DNA of 64,000 nucleotides from an uncultured Acidobacteriota bacterium. GTDB lineage: Bacteria; Acidobacteriota; UBA6911; CAINFC01. Under the pieces are notes generated by a model. The model worked only from the letters and a program-made list of their open reading frames with translations, did not search any database and had not been told where the DNA came from. Below, in pieces: positions 1 to 9,928 of this stretch. The DNA lies in assembly GCA_964617125.1 (NCBI GenBank), contig CAZTVS010000004.1, forward strand, positions 12,196 through 76,195. Reading direction: 5' to 3'. How positions within the stretch are numbered: the first letter of the stretch is position 1; every line of letters starts with the position of its first letter. The position numbers were made by a program, and so were the translations under genes.

Positions 1-148
1 GATTTTAGAAAAGATGTTCTGTACACTTGCCTCAACCATAGGAGATCCATCATAGTAACCCTCTATCGAAGATGACCTTATCCTTGCAGATCCGTTAGGA
101 GAAGATGCCTGTTAATACTAATATGCTTCCCGGGATTGATAGAAGATT

Positions 149-1648
149 ATGAAGCTGCAACGTTTATTCCTGAGTAGCGTGCAAAAAGAGCTGGCGGAGG
201 AACGGCGCGCCTTGCGGGAGTACATCGAAGGAGATGCCCTGCTTGGCAAGTTCTTCGAGGTGTTTCTCTTCGAGCTGCTGCCGGCCTCGGATCGGCGCGC
301 GGACCAGGTCTATCTGGAACAGGTGGACCGCTGCGACGTCTATCTCGGCTTGTTTGCCGACGAATACGGTTACGAAAACAGCAGGGGAGTGTCGCCCACC
401 GAGCGCGAATTCGATCGTGCTACCGAGCTGGGCAAGCATAGGCTGATCTATGTCAAAGGAGCGGATGACCGTCGCCGCCATCCGAAAATGGCCGCACTGA
501 TCCGCAAGGCGAGCGGGCAACTGATCCGACGGCGCTTCGGATCCACGGCGGAATTAATGGCCGGCGTTTATGCCAGCCTGATTCAGATCCTTGAAGAGAA
601 GGAACTGATCCGGAGTGGACCATTCGATGCCGCTTTTTGCCGTGAGGCCGTCTTTCAGGATCTGGACGAAGACCGCATCCGTGCCTTTGTAGGATTGGCC
701 AGGAGCGCGCGCGGATTTCCCCTGCCGGAGGAATCCAGGCCGCTCGACGTTCTTACCCATTTGAATCTGCTGGATAAAGATCGCCCGACCCACGCAGCCA
801 TCCTTTTGTTCGGAAAAAGGCCCCAACGTTTTTTGTTGTCGTCGGAGGTCAAGTGCGCCCATTTCCATGGAACGGAGGTGGAGAAACCGATTCCGTCCTT
901 CCAGGTGTACAAGGGTACGGTCTTCGAGTTGACGGATCAGGCGATTGACTTCGTCCTGTCCAAGATCAACCGCTGGGTTGGCACCCGGGCAGAGAGTTCT
1001 CAGGCCCCTACCCTCTATGAGATACCCCGTGAAGTGGTCGGCGAGGCCCTGGTCAATGCCGTCGCTCACCGCGACTACACCAGCCCGGCCAGCGTGCAGG
1101 TGATGTTGTTTGCCGACCGGCTGGAGATATGGAATCCGGGCACCCTGCCCCCGGCGCTCACTTTGGAGAAGCTACGCCAGCCCCATGCCTCTTTTCCCGC
1201 CAATCCACTGCTGGCGGAATCGCTCTATCTGGCAAAATATATCGAACGGATGGGTACGGGCACCAGCGACATGATTCGGCGTTGCCGGGAGGCCGGGCTT
1301 CCCGAGCCTGAGTTCCGCCTCGATGCCGGCTGCTTCGTTATCACCCTCCGGCGCCGGGCCATACAAGTCACCCCCGAAGTCACCCCCGAAGTCACCCCCG
1401 AAGTCACCCCCGAAGTCACCCCCGAAGTACTGAAGATGCTCGGCGTCCTCCAAGGGGAGATGGGGCGTCAGGAAATCCAGGCCCGTCTGGGGCTGACGGA
1501 CGAGAAACATTTCCGAGAGCATTACCAGCAACCGGCCATAGCCCAAGGGCTCATCGAGATGACTCTCCCCGACAAGCCGACCAGCCGCCTCCAAAAGTAC
1601 CGCCTGACCGCCAAAGGCCGCACCCTGCTGGTAAAGACAAATCCATAG
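149..1648 (+). CDS. Multidomain ATP-binding / putative DNA-binding protein: DUF4062-like N-terminus, Schlafen/AlbA_2-like domain, HATPase_c_4-like domain, C-terminal winged-HTH
   Basis: Intact 499-aa ORF. The N-terminus (…VFLFELLP…DRCDVYLGLFADEYGY) resembles DUF4062. The middle (AAILLFGKRPQRF…SEVKCAHFHGTE) resembles the AlbA_2 divergent-AAA/Schlafen-like DNA-binding domain. ALVNAVAHRDYTSPASVQVMLFADRLEIWNPG resembles the HATPase_c_4 (RecG C-terminal-like) domain. The C-terminus looks HTH-like. An internal (TPEV)5 linker is present. Confidence 0.7.
   Translation: MKLQRLFLSSVQKELAEERRALREYIEGDALLGKFFEVFLFELLPASDRRADQVYLEQVDRCDVYLGLFADEYGYENSRGVSPTEREFDRATELGKHRLIYVKGADDRRRHPKMAALIRKASGQLIRRRFGSTAELMAGVYASLIQILEEKELIRSGPFDAAFCREAVFQDLDEDRIRAFVGLARSARGFPLPEESRPLDVLTHLNLLDKDRPTHAAILLFGKRPQRFLLSSEVKCAHFHGTEVEKPIPSFQVYKGTVFELTDQAIDFVLSKINRWVGTRAESSQAPTLYEIPREVVGEALVNAVAHRDYTSPASVQVMLFADRLEIWNPGTLPPALTLEKLRQPHASFPANPLLAESLYLAKYIERMGTGTSDMIRRCREAGLPEPEFRLDAGCFVITLRRRAIQVTPEVTPEVTPEVTPEVTPEVLKMLGVLQGEMGRQEIQARLGLTDEKHFREHYQQPAIAQGLIEMTLPDKPTSRLQKYRLTAKGRTLLVKTNP
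1367..1428 (+). repeat. Perfect 12-bp tandem repeat (GTCACCCCCGAA) x5 inside the CDS, encoding the (TPEV)5 linker
   Basis: Five exact head-to-tail copies of gtcacccccgaa at 1367-1426. The repeat is in frame (4 codons per unit). Confidence 0.95.
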
Positions 1649-1693
1649 GTATTCTCGTAGAAAAATAACAATCTGACTTATTTTAAAACTTCA

Positions 1694-4600
1694 ATGGTTA
1701 AGAAAATAAGTGAAAACCAAAAAGCGGGTTATATCGGCGAAGATGAGTTCCGACTATGGGCCAGTAAAATTGGCTGGCATCCGACAAAAACTGCTCCTGA
1801 TCATGGATTAGACTTTTTCTGTCAACTCGAGGGTGAAAAGGTAAGCGAAAAGTCTTATACAATGCCTGGCAAGATTGTGGCTGTCTCTGTTCGGTCTACT
1901 GAAAAAGACAAAGATGTAGTTAGGATCACCCGAGATGATGCCCAACTTTTTTTGACAACAAATACACCCATGGTTTTTGCGGTCGTTCGCAGAGGTTCCG
2001 TTGAAGAGAGTGGAGAAATATCCATTCAGTTCCCAGATGAAAAATTCATTCGAGAACTAGATAATTTCTTACAAAGTAGTGCGGAACACTATTTGCTACG
2101 TTTCTCTGATGCGATTTCGAAATTGGACACGATTCAACAATACGCCGTTAATTTATTCAAGGAGGCTCCAGGGGATAGAATCGCCCGTATAAGGGCTAAT
2201 ATAAGACTCCAGCCTCTAATGCCAGATTCCCACGTAGAAATTTTACACACAGATCAAGGTATACATGGGTTGGTTAGAACAAACCAGATAACAACACCTT
2301 GCCTAATCGAGAAAAGGCCTGATGTTAAGAGTGTATTGAGTGATATCGGCTTCCCATTCAAAGAGATTCTTCCAATAGAGAATTCTGATTTTCAAAATAC
2401 TGAAAGAGATCTGATTATAGGTCAACTTCGAGACGAACTTTCCAAATGGAATGTTCATGAGGCAATAGTCTTATCAGAACAGATAGAGTCTACTGAGTTG
2501 GATGTCGAACGAGATCTGGATCTTACTTTGGCTGAAATCATAATTTTGTTAGCAAGAACACATATATTTTTTGGAGAAGAGAAAGGAACCCAACAGCAGC
2601 AACATATCGAACGTGCCAGGAAATTGATATCAAAAACGGTCCCGCTATTATCGATTTCAAAAGAGCTCCTTGAGGAAATCATAGCACTCAACGCATCTAT
2701 TGAAAACATAGAAAACGGTCCAGATAGTGCAATAGCCATGCTTGAAGGGCGGGTAGATTCTTTTGCCATTCGTTCACGCACAGCCATCCTCATCCAACAA
2801 CAGAAATATACCGAAGCATTATGCGTAGTTGAAGGCCGGGAACCGCATGAGCGCTGGTGTGATGTGGCTGTAACCGCTTATGCTATGAACGATCGTATCG
2901 AAGAGGCTCAAACCTTGGTCAGATGGGCGGCCGGGTTGTCGGATCGGAGTCGCTACTGGCAGTGCCTGGTACGATTGGCTGAGGCTCTGCTGGCGAGGGC
3001 AACCGCCGGACATAAAACGGGTATCCCGATTCAGTTGCATGATCTCACTCCGGGAGAACTTGGAAAGCTAAAGGTCGCAACGGAGACGGTTCAACCGATT
3101 CTTCAACTCGTTCGGGCCGCAGGCAAGCCGAGTTCCGGCCTCGATATGGCCGCCTTGCAAGTCGACTGGCAGGCCAATCACCTTCTGCAGCTACGCAAGG
3201 CTGCCGGTGAATCCCTCCGTCTGATGCTTCCATGGACGCCCGTACCACTGGATGTGGCCCGTGGAGTGCTGAACGGTTATCTGGAGGCTCCCTCCGATCT
3301 TCCGGATCGACTCCGTAGGGATCACCCCGGCGATTTCACTGCCGGAATGCTGGCGGCGCTTGTCGAATCGATTGGTCAGAAACATTTTATCGAAGCATTC
3401 GCCAGAGCTAAAGGATTGCTAACGATCGTTGACAATGACGAAAAGAAGGAGGAACTTTCCAGTCTTTTTTCGCAGATCTGGCAATATCTCGAGGATCCTG
3501 AAGTTACGGAATGCCAGACCCTCGTTAGAACTCTTACGGCGCACAATCCCCAGCTCTATGCCATATTTGAAGGAGCGGTCGCCCTTCGACAGGGCAATTC
3601 CGATCAGGCTATGGATATCCTTGACGCCTATAAGTCAGAGGATGACCCCTATTGGCTGCAGCTTCGAGCCAATGCACTACTGCAGAAACGTCAACCGGCC
3701 GAGGCGGTGGGACTTCTTTTCCAGGCGGCGAAAATGACCTGCGATGCCGGTCTGCTGCGCCAGACGGGAGATTTGGCCATCCAGGCCGAACGGAACGATC
3801 TGGCCACCTGGTGCTACGAAAGGCTGGCGGAACTGGGGCCACAGGATTCCGCAATACACGGCAATCTCGCTTATATCTACATGTCCGTGCTTCACGATCT
3901 GGAGAAGGCCGCCGTCCAATTCCGGACCCTGCATGCGGCCGAACCGTCCAATCCCACCCATACACAGAATCTGGCCATCTGCCTGGCCCAATTGTATCGA
4001 CCGGAGGAAAGCCTGTCGTTCTATAACGAATTATGCCGGTGGGAGAATCCGCCCCTGGCGGCGGTCCTGGGCCGGGCCCGGCTGCATCACAGCCTGGGAC
4101 GGCCAGATAGGGCACTGGAATCGCTGGAACCTTTCCAGGAACGCTTTGGAGGGGAAACTGACTTTCTGACTACCTATTGGATGATCCTGCAAGCGGCCGG
4201 AAAGGAAGAGAAGGGGCAGGCTGTCCTGAGAGAGCTGATCCGATTGCAGGAGGAAGGGAAGATCGATCCGGAAGTCATGCAAAGGCTGCAAACGGACGAG
4301 ATGCAGGAGATGATCCTGCAAACCTCCCGGCAGATCCGGGATCGCGACGAACATCTCCATAGCCAGATGGTGCAGGGACGCATGCCCTGGATCTGGGCCG
4401 AGCTGACATCGGGAAATGCCATATACCTGGGTTGGCGTATTCGAACACAGGAGATGGACTGGATCGGGGATGACCCTGCCAACCGGGCCCGTTTTGGCAT
4501 CTACTCGACCAACGGATTCCATCCTCGCGAATCGGAACACGGCCGGCGGGAACTGTTACCGCTGGAATGCCCTCCGGCAGGAACAAGCATTGTCGCGGAT

Positions 4601-7600
4601 ATCTCCGCCCTGGTAACCCTCCATCGTCTGAATCTTCTAGGTGCCGCAGCGGAGTACTTCGGCGAGATACTGGTTCCTGTCGGCTATCTGCCTGCAGTCC
4701 TGGAAGAGAGCGCCAAGATGATGCTTCCCCAGCTCTCGCAGCGACAAATCGCGGAACAGATCGTCAAACATATTACCGCCGGGCGGATTCTGGTAATAAA
4801 AGAAGGAGACAGATCGTCCGAAACCATACCGATCGTCGACGAATATGGCGAATCTCCGGATCAGAAGTACCGACTACGGGATCTGATCGATCCGATCTAT
4901 CGGGTTGGATTAATAAACGATGAAGAGTATGCCAAGGTTTTAAAGGTCTGCTCCAAGCCATCTTCCGTGGACGGGAAACATCCCGGGCTGGAACAATTCC
5001 AGGACGTGTGCATGGAACTGATGACACTGGAAACCGTGGCACGCCTTGGCATGCTGGATACGGTTGCGCAATTTTACCGGGTGCATCTTACTTCAACGGC
5101 CCGACAGGAAATAGTCCAGCGCCTGGAGGCCTTCGCCCGGCAGGAAGAGACCCGTCAATGGCATATGGACATGTGGAGCCGGCTTCGTAGTAACTCACAT
5201 TTCCGTTTCGTGCCCCACACCGTTCCCGAAACGATGCGCAAAGCAGACTGGGAGACCGGTGATTATCTGCCGTTTCTTGCATGTTTCATCTCCCTGGAGA
5301 CTAAGCTGCCGCTTCTGGCCGATGATCGGGTTTGCCAGGTGTTCACCCTGAACGAGTCAGCAGACACGGTACCGGCGGCTTTCGGTTCCGATGTGGTGGT
5401 GACAGCCTTGATGATCTCCGGTAAGCTGGAGCCGAGAAAAGCGGCAGATGCCCTTTTGCAGCTTATGGCATGGCGTTATCGTTTCCTCATTCCACGGCCG
5501 GAGATGCTGGAAATCCTGGCCGCCCGGCACCGAGGCAATCCGCCTGGGCATCTCCTGCAAGTTGTCGCCGAATACGTTCAGGATTGCATGCGCGATGAAG
5601 GTCTCTTCCGCGGATCGGAAAACACCATGCTGCAGGAATCCATGGCTATACGGCTTCATATGACATGGATCTCGACCATCGCCGAGTTTTTGGTCCTGGT
5701 GTGGACCGATGAGAATTTCAGTGCCGAGTGTGCAATGCGTTTGACCGACTGGAGTTGCCGCGAATTACTGCCCTCCGCTCCTAAAGTGATGAACACATGC
5801 CAGAAGGTGCAGGCCGGCGAGGTGGTGCTTCGTATGCTCCTGTCGCGCACCCTTCTGTTGACTCACAGCCATTATAAGAATCCGCGCATGGCGGAGGCCC
5901 TGTTCGCAGTCAAGAAAGCCATGCATCTGAGCAATGAAACCTACTTGCGAATCGTATTGGAAATCCTGAAAGATGCCGCAGGTTCGGTGCCTTCGGCACC
6001 AGAAGCCGAATCGGAAGAAATACGGAAAGCGTTTCACAACCTGCAACTGCAGATGTGGAATTGCGCCTTTCGTTCTTTTCAGCGCATCGATCCTCGCACT
6101 CTGACGGCACTCCTGGATCTGGACCTCTTTAAAGAGTCTATCGATCCTATCGGCGGCGATATCGATATGGAAATCCTTCGCGATCCGCATCATGAGCAAC
6201 GCATCCCTCTCTCTCCCGGCCCGCTGCTATTGTACCGGAACCAGGAGAAAGAGCCGAAACGAATTATCCTGGATGTTTCGCTGCTTCTTTTCTCATCGAT
6301 ATCGGCAGTACGAAATACTGCCTTCATGTACCTCGACCGGCAGATATCTGACGGATTGTTGCGGATCACACCGAAGACCAGAGATGTGCTGCAAAAGATG
6401 CGAACGCCAATCTCGTCGGATGCATCGCATGAGTGGCGTCCGGCGGCCATCGCTCTGAGCGATGCCATGAATGACGATCTGCTGGTGGCACTTCAGGCCG
6501 TTCGTCAAAGCCTCACTTGCGATACGATCATCCAGGATAGCCTGAATACTTATGTTCCGCGCATCCTCCATCCGGCCGTGTCTTCCTTTGACTCCCTCAG
6601 CTTTGAGGTTGCTAATCCTGAATCGGAGCATTCACAGTTAACGGATATTGTTTCATCCGTGGTCAGCGGAGCGGGCACCCTACAAGAAGCTTGTGACGGG
6701 TATTATGCAAGATTGGGTTACCTGCCTTTGGCGCCTTCTTTTGCCATGGTAGAGGTTGTAAGCAAATGGATTGCCGAACATCCCTCTGTCGAGGTGTGGC
6801 CGGAAATCTGGCAATGGGCACAGCGAGCCTCCGGACCTATCCCTCGATATCATGCCTGCTCGGTTTTTGTCCTTCGTCCGGAATGGATCCCGGAAGGAAA
6901 GCTTGCGGAACTCTGGCGGGAGATACTGGATGTCGTAAATGGATCAGGAGAACGAAGTGACGATGGCTTAGATCAAGAGCCTTGGGCCCTGCGGCGCGAT
7001 CTGTCTCGCCACTTCATACGCCATCTGGAAGCGCATCTGCCGGAGAGCGAAGGAACCAAGATCGCCTGTTTCTCCTGGTGGCTTTCCGAGCAAGTGGCAT
7101 CGTTGTTTCCAGAAGACCCGGAGTCGGTGCGGTTCTATCGGAAAAACTGGATCGTCCCGGCATCGGAACAATCACTGGGCGTTTGGTTGGTCGCTCGCTC
7201 TCCGATCGGTTGTTCATTCTTCAGGTATGTGACGACCACCATCTCCTCTCCCTGGGCAATGGCGTTGTTGGCAATCATGGGCAGAAAGATGGAACCATTG
7301 AAACCGCAGGAACAGGATGAAGGAATAAAATCTCAATTTCATGAAGCACTGATAAGATGCCTTATCGATGCTCTTCCGATTATCGTGGAACCTCCGACAG
7401 ACCCGACCTATGCCCTGGAGTGTGATTTAGGGGAAACCGCTCTCCAGTGGGCTGCATTCCAAGCTGAGTCTCAGCGCACAGCCCTGGAACAGATCATAAC
7501 CACCAGCCGAACGCTGAACTCGGTGGAGCAACTGTGCGCGACTCTGCGCCAGCTGGCGGACAAATCCCTCCCCGACCAGATCGCCATCGCTTTTATTCTC

Positions 7601-8032
7601 AGGATGAAAGCCTATACCAATAAGGCTCTGGAGGGTTCGATGGGAGAGATCCTTTCCGATAACGACTGGCGAAAACAGGTCTTCGGATCGACCGAGGAGA
7701 ATGTGCTTGGAATACTGATGGGAGCCTTGACCATCCTTCAAGTTCGTACTCAGGAAAAATGGAGTCTGCTGCTTCCTCATTTTCTCGCTGAGATATGTGA
7801 GCAGGCGGAAGATGAGGATCGATGCCATCAACTTTTTCTGTTTTTGCTCTACTCGTCCCTGGCATCGGAAACCGTCAGTGCTGTCCAACGTCTGCTCAAG
7901 GGCGATAGGAAGGCCAGTTTTAAAAAGTATTCGGAAGAATTTATAAAGTATATAGAGGCAAAGTGGCCACATTTCCCTCCTTGGGTTCAAGGACGCCTGA
8001 GAGGACTGATGGCATGCTTATTGGTAACGTGA
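1694..8032 (+). CDS. Giant 2112-aa protein with an N-terminal PD-(D/E)XK-like (DUF4365-like) module and a long TPR/alpha-solenoid region; no P-loop seen
   Basis: Single uninterrupted 6.3-kb ORF. The N-terminus (GYIGEDEFRLWASKIGWHPTKTAPDHGLDFFCQLEGEK) fits a D…(E/Q)xK restriction-endonuclease-like core reminiscent of DUF4365. The remainder is rich in TPR-like helical-repeat signatures (A..Y..G…AL). No Walker A motif was found by eye. The first ~1.1 kb is AT-rich and the rest GC-rich. Confidence 0.65.
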   Translation: MVKKISENQKAGYIGEDEFRLWASKIGWHPTKTAPDHGLDFFCQLEGEKVSEKSYTMPGKIVAVSVRSTEKDKDVVRITRDDAQLFLTTNTPMVFAVVRRGSVEESGEISIQFPDEKFIRELDNFLQSSAEHYLLRFSDAISKLDTIQQYAVNLFKEAPGDRIARIRANIRLQPLMPDSHVEILHTDQGIHGLVRTNQITTPCLIEKRPDVKSVLSDIGFPFKEILPIENSDFQNTERDLIIGQLRDELSKWNVHEAIVLSEQIESTELDVERDLDLTLAEIIILLARTHIFFGEEKGTQQQQHIERARKLISKTVPLLSISKELLEEIIALNASIENIENGPDSAIAMLEGRVDSFAIRSRTAILIQQQKYTEALCVVEGREPHERWCDVAVTAYAMNDRIEEAQTLVRWAAGLSDRSRYWQCLVRLAEALLARATAGHKTGIPIQLHDLTPGELGKLKVATETVQPILQLVRAAGKPSSGLDMAALQVDWQANHLLQLRKAAGESLRLMLPWTPVPLDVARGVLNGYLEAPSDLPDRLRRDHPGDFTAGMLAALVESIGQKHFIEAFARAKGLLTIVDNDEKKEELSSLFSQIWQYLEDPEVTECQTLVRTLTAHNPQLYAIFEGAVALRQGNSDQAMDILDAYKSEDDPYWLQLRANALLQKRQPAEAVGLLFQAAKMTCDAGLLRQTGDLAIQAERNDLATWCYERLAELGPQDSAIHGNLAYIYMSVLHDLEKAAVQFRTLHAAEPSNPTHTQNLAICLAQLYRPEESLSFYNELCRWENPPLAAVLGRARLHHSLGRPDRALESLEPFQERFGGETDFLTTYWMILQAAGKEEKGQAVLRELIRLQEEGKIDPEVMQRLQTDEMQEMILQTSRQIRDRDEHLHSQMVQGRMPWIWAELTSGNAIYLGWRIRTQEMDWIGDDPANRARFGIYSTNGFHPRESEHGRRELLPLECPPAGTSIVADISALVTLHRLNLLGAAAEYFGEILVPVGYLPAVLEESAKMMLPQLSQRQIAEQIVKHITAGRILVIKEGDRSSETIPIVDEYGESPDQKYRLRDLIDPIYRVGLINDEEYAKVLKVCSKPSSVDGKHPGLEQFQDVCMELMTLETVARLGMLDTVAQFYRVHLTSTARQEIVQRLEAFARQEETRQWHMDMWSRLRSNSHFRFVPHTVPETMRKADWETGDYLPFLACFISLETKLPLLADDRVCQVFTLNESADTVPAAFGSDVVVTALMISGKLEPRKAADALLQLMAWRYRFLIPRPEMLEILAARHRGNPPGHLLQVVAEYVQDCMRDEGLFRGSENTMLQESMAIRLHMTWISTIAEFLVLVWTDENFSAECAMRLTDWSCRELLPSAPKVMNTCQKVQAGEVVLRMLLSRTLLLTHSHYKNPRMAEALFAVKKAMHLSNETYLRIVLEILKDAAGSVPSAPEAESEEIRKAFHNLQLQMWNCAFRSFQRIDPRTLTALLDLDLFKESIDPIGGDIDMEILRDPHHEQRIPLSPGPLLLYRNQEKEPKRIILDVSLLLFSSISAVRNTAFMYLDRQISDGLLRITPKTRDVLQKMRTPISSDASHEWRPAAIALSDAMNDDLLVALQAVRQSLTCDTIIQDSLNTYVPRILHPAVSSFDSLSFEVANPESEHSQLTDIVSSVVSGAGTLQEACDGYYARLGYLPLAPSFAMVEVVSKWIAEHPSVEVWPEIWQWAQRASGPIPRYHACSVFVLRPEWIPEGKLAELWREILDVVNGSGERSDDGLDQEPWALRRDLSRHFIRHLEAHLPESEGTKIACFSWWLSEQVASLFPEDPESVRFYRKNWIVPASEQSLGVWLVARSPIGCSFFRYVTTTISSPWAMALLAIMGRKMEPLKPQEQDEGIKSQFHEALIRCLIDALPIIVEPPTDPTYALECDLGETALQWAAFQAESQRTALEQIITTSRTLNSVEQLCATLRQLADKSLPDQIAIAFILRMKAYTNKALEGSMGEILSDNDWRKQVFGSTEENVLGILMGALTILQVRTQEKWSLLLPHFLAEICEQAEDEDRCHQLFLFLLYSSLASETVSAVQRLLKGDRKASFKKYSEEFIKYIEAKWPHFPPWVQGRLRGLMACLLVT

Positions 8033-8075
8033 ATAGAATCGGTGTGTTTCTTCATTTCCTCCATAAGCCGGGTGG

Positions 8076-9636
8076 CATGATGGTATCGATGTTTAGGGAA
8101 AAACGATTTCCGATCCTTGCAATAGGTGTAGGGCCGGTCCTGTCCTTATTCTTGTGGGTCGCCGGGTGTGTCTCTCCCGGTTCCGGCCTTTTGGTTGCAG
8201 CGCTGGAGGAGTTCTCTCTGCCTCTGGGGCAGGTGCTGGAACGCGTCCCCTGTCAGGGGGATTCGACCCAGAGCTATGCGCTGTTTCTGCCTTCGACGTA
8301 CCGTCCCGATCGATCCTGGCCGATCCTCTATGCCTTCGATCCGGGAGCCCGCGGAGTGATTCCGGTGCGGCTTTTCGGGAAGACAGCCGAGCGTTTGGGG
8401 TACATCGTCGCCGCCTCCAATAATGCGCGAAACGGGCCCGGTCTTCCGATCAAGAAGGCCATAGAAGCCGTCTGGCACGATACGCATGCACGACTGAACC
8501 TCGATCCGGCGCGTATCTATACGACGGGCATGTCCGGGGGGACATCGCCGGCTTGGATGCTGGCCGAGGGGTATGGGAGTGGAATCATCGCCTGTGCCGG
8601 GGCTATCCTTCCGGAAGAGCTGGTACCGGAGAAGATACGTTTCGCCTGGTTCGGCATCGCCGGCGATGCCGATTTCAACTACGACCTTACCCGGTCGGTG
8701 GTGGAGAAATTATTATCCCGTGATATCCGGGCGCGTTTTGCTACCTTTGAGGGCGGGCATGACTGGCCGCCGGAGGATCTGGCTTCCTATGCCTTGGAGT
8801 GGCTGGAACTCATGGCCATGCAGGCCGGAAGGATTTCTCGGAACACACACTTTATCGATGACCAATTCCAGCGGAGATCCTCGAGAGTAAACGACCTGAA
8901 AGCCGCCGGAAAGATGCAGGAGGCGGCGGAAGAGTGCGAAGCGATGTCCCGGGATTTCTCCGGGTTAAAACCGATCGACGAATTCTCTGTGGAAGCCAAA
9001 CATCTGTATCAACTGCCGGAAGCCTCCCGGATGCGTAAGCAATCCAGGACCCGCAGCCAAAAAGAAAAACTGTTGTTGACCCGCCTGGAAAATTTGCGCC
9101 TTCAACTGGAGCGGCTCTCGGAAACACAATCCGAATCTTACTCCAGCAGGATTCTTTCCGACCTGCCGTCGAAAGAACCTTACGGCGGGGAAGAGTCTTA
9201 TGACAGCGGCAGCAATCGACAGGAAATTCTTTTCCAGATCCAGCAGCGTGTCTCCGGACTGGAGCATGACCGGAAGGCGAAAAATGGCGACACTCGCCTG
9301 GTGGCGGTTCGAGTGCTGGATGCCTTTTATATCGGAACCTACTATCTCGGTTGGGAACGGCGTGAAAGGAGCCAATTCGAAGCGGCCTTGGCCGATTTTG
9401 CTATTTGTGCTTTGATGCGTCCCAAGAGTCCTGTCCCTGTGTATGAAACAGCTCGAACTCATGCCAAGCGAAACGAACATAAAAAAGCATTGGCTGAGTT
9501 GCGCCGGGCGTTGAAGATGGGTTTCGGCGATCGCAGCCGGCTGGTCGAGGACCCTGAATGGGAATCCCTGCGCAGTATGCCCGACTTTCAGGGTATTCTG
9601 GGTGAGCTGGAAGCGAAATCCACTATGAAACCTTAG
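8076..9636 (+). CDS. Alpha/beta-hydrolase (esterase/peptidase-like) lipoprotein with a C-terminal helical/TPR-like extension
   Basis: The ORF runs from 7963, but the likely start is the ATG at 8076 (MMVSMF…), giving a signal peptide with lipobox LWVAGC. A GxSxG nucleophile elbow (GMSGG) lies in an esterase-like context (LPSTYRPDRSWPILYAFDPG…). The gene begins 44 nt after the giant ORF ends. Confidence 0.55.
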
Positions 9637-9928
9637 CACGCTCAACCCTGCACCGGAGGCGAATGGAGTCGGGTGTTCCACTCGGATAGTACTGGCTTCG
9701 ATGAGTTGCGTATTCCAGCGGGCAGGATGGTAAATCGTCGGTCAAGTTGGAAGCCATCTGGTGATGACCAAACCGAATTGTCGTGTGAATCTTTCCATAC
9801 CACAGCACAAAGAACTATCTATCGGTACCCTTCGGGCTTTGATTCGTAATGCAGGGATGAGTGTGGAAGAGTTTCTGCATTCGCTTTAATCGGTGGGTAA
9901 TCCTGTAGCCTCGTCGGGTCAGTTCTTG

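Noticed and set aside
1367-1428. Possible CRISPR array from the regularly spaced identical 12-mers
   Set aside because: The units are contiguous with no spacers, only 12 bp long, and in frame inside a CDS. This is a coding tandem repeat, not a CRISPR.
164-1594. Several minus-strand ORFs (164..520, 554..1069, 1172..1594, 1225..1419), including ones translating the tandem repeat as GGDFGGDF… or TSGVTSGV…
   Set aside because: They are antisense shadows of the well-supported 149..1648 gene. Their repeat-derived low-complexity translations are an artefact of the 12-bp repeat.
2455-7990. Numerous 60-190-aa ORFs on both strands inside 1694..8032
   Set aside because: All are nested within or antisense to the single uninterrupted 6.3-kb ORF. 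They have biased, low-complexity translations typical of GC-rich off-frame reading.
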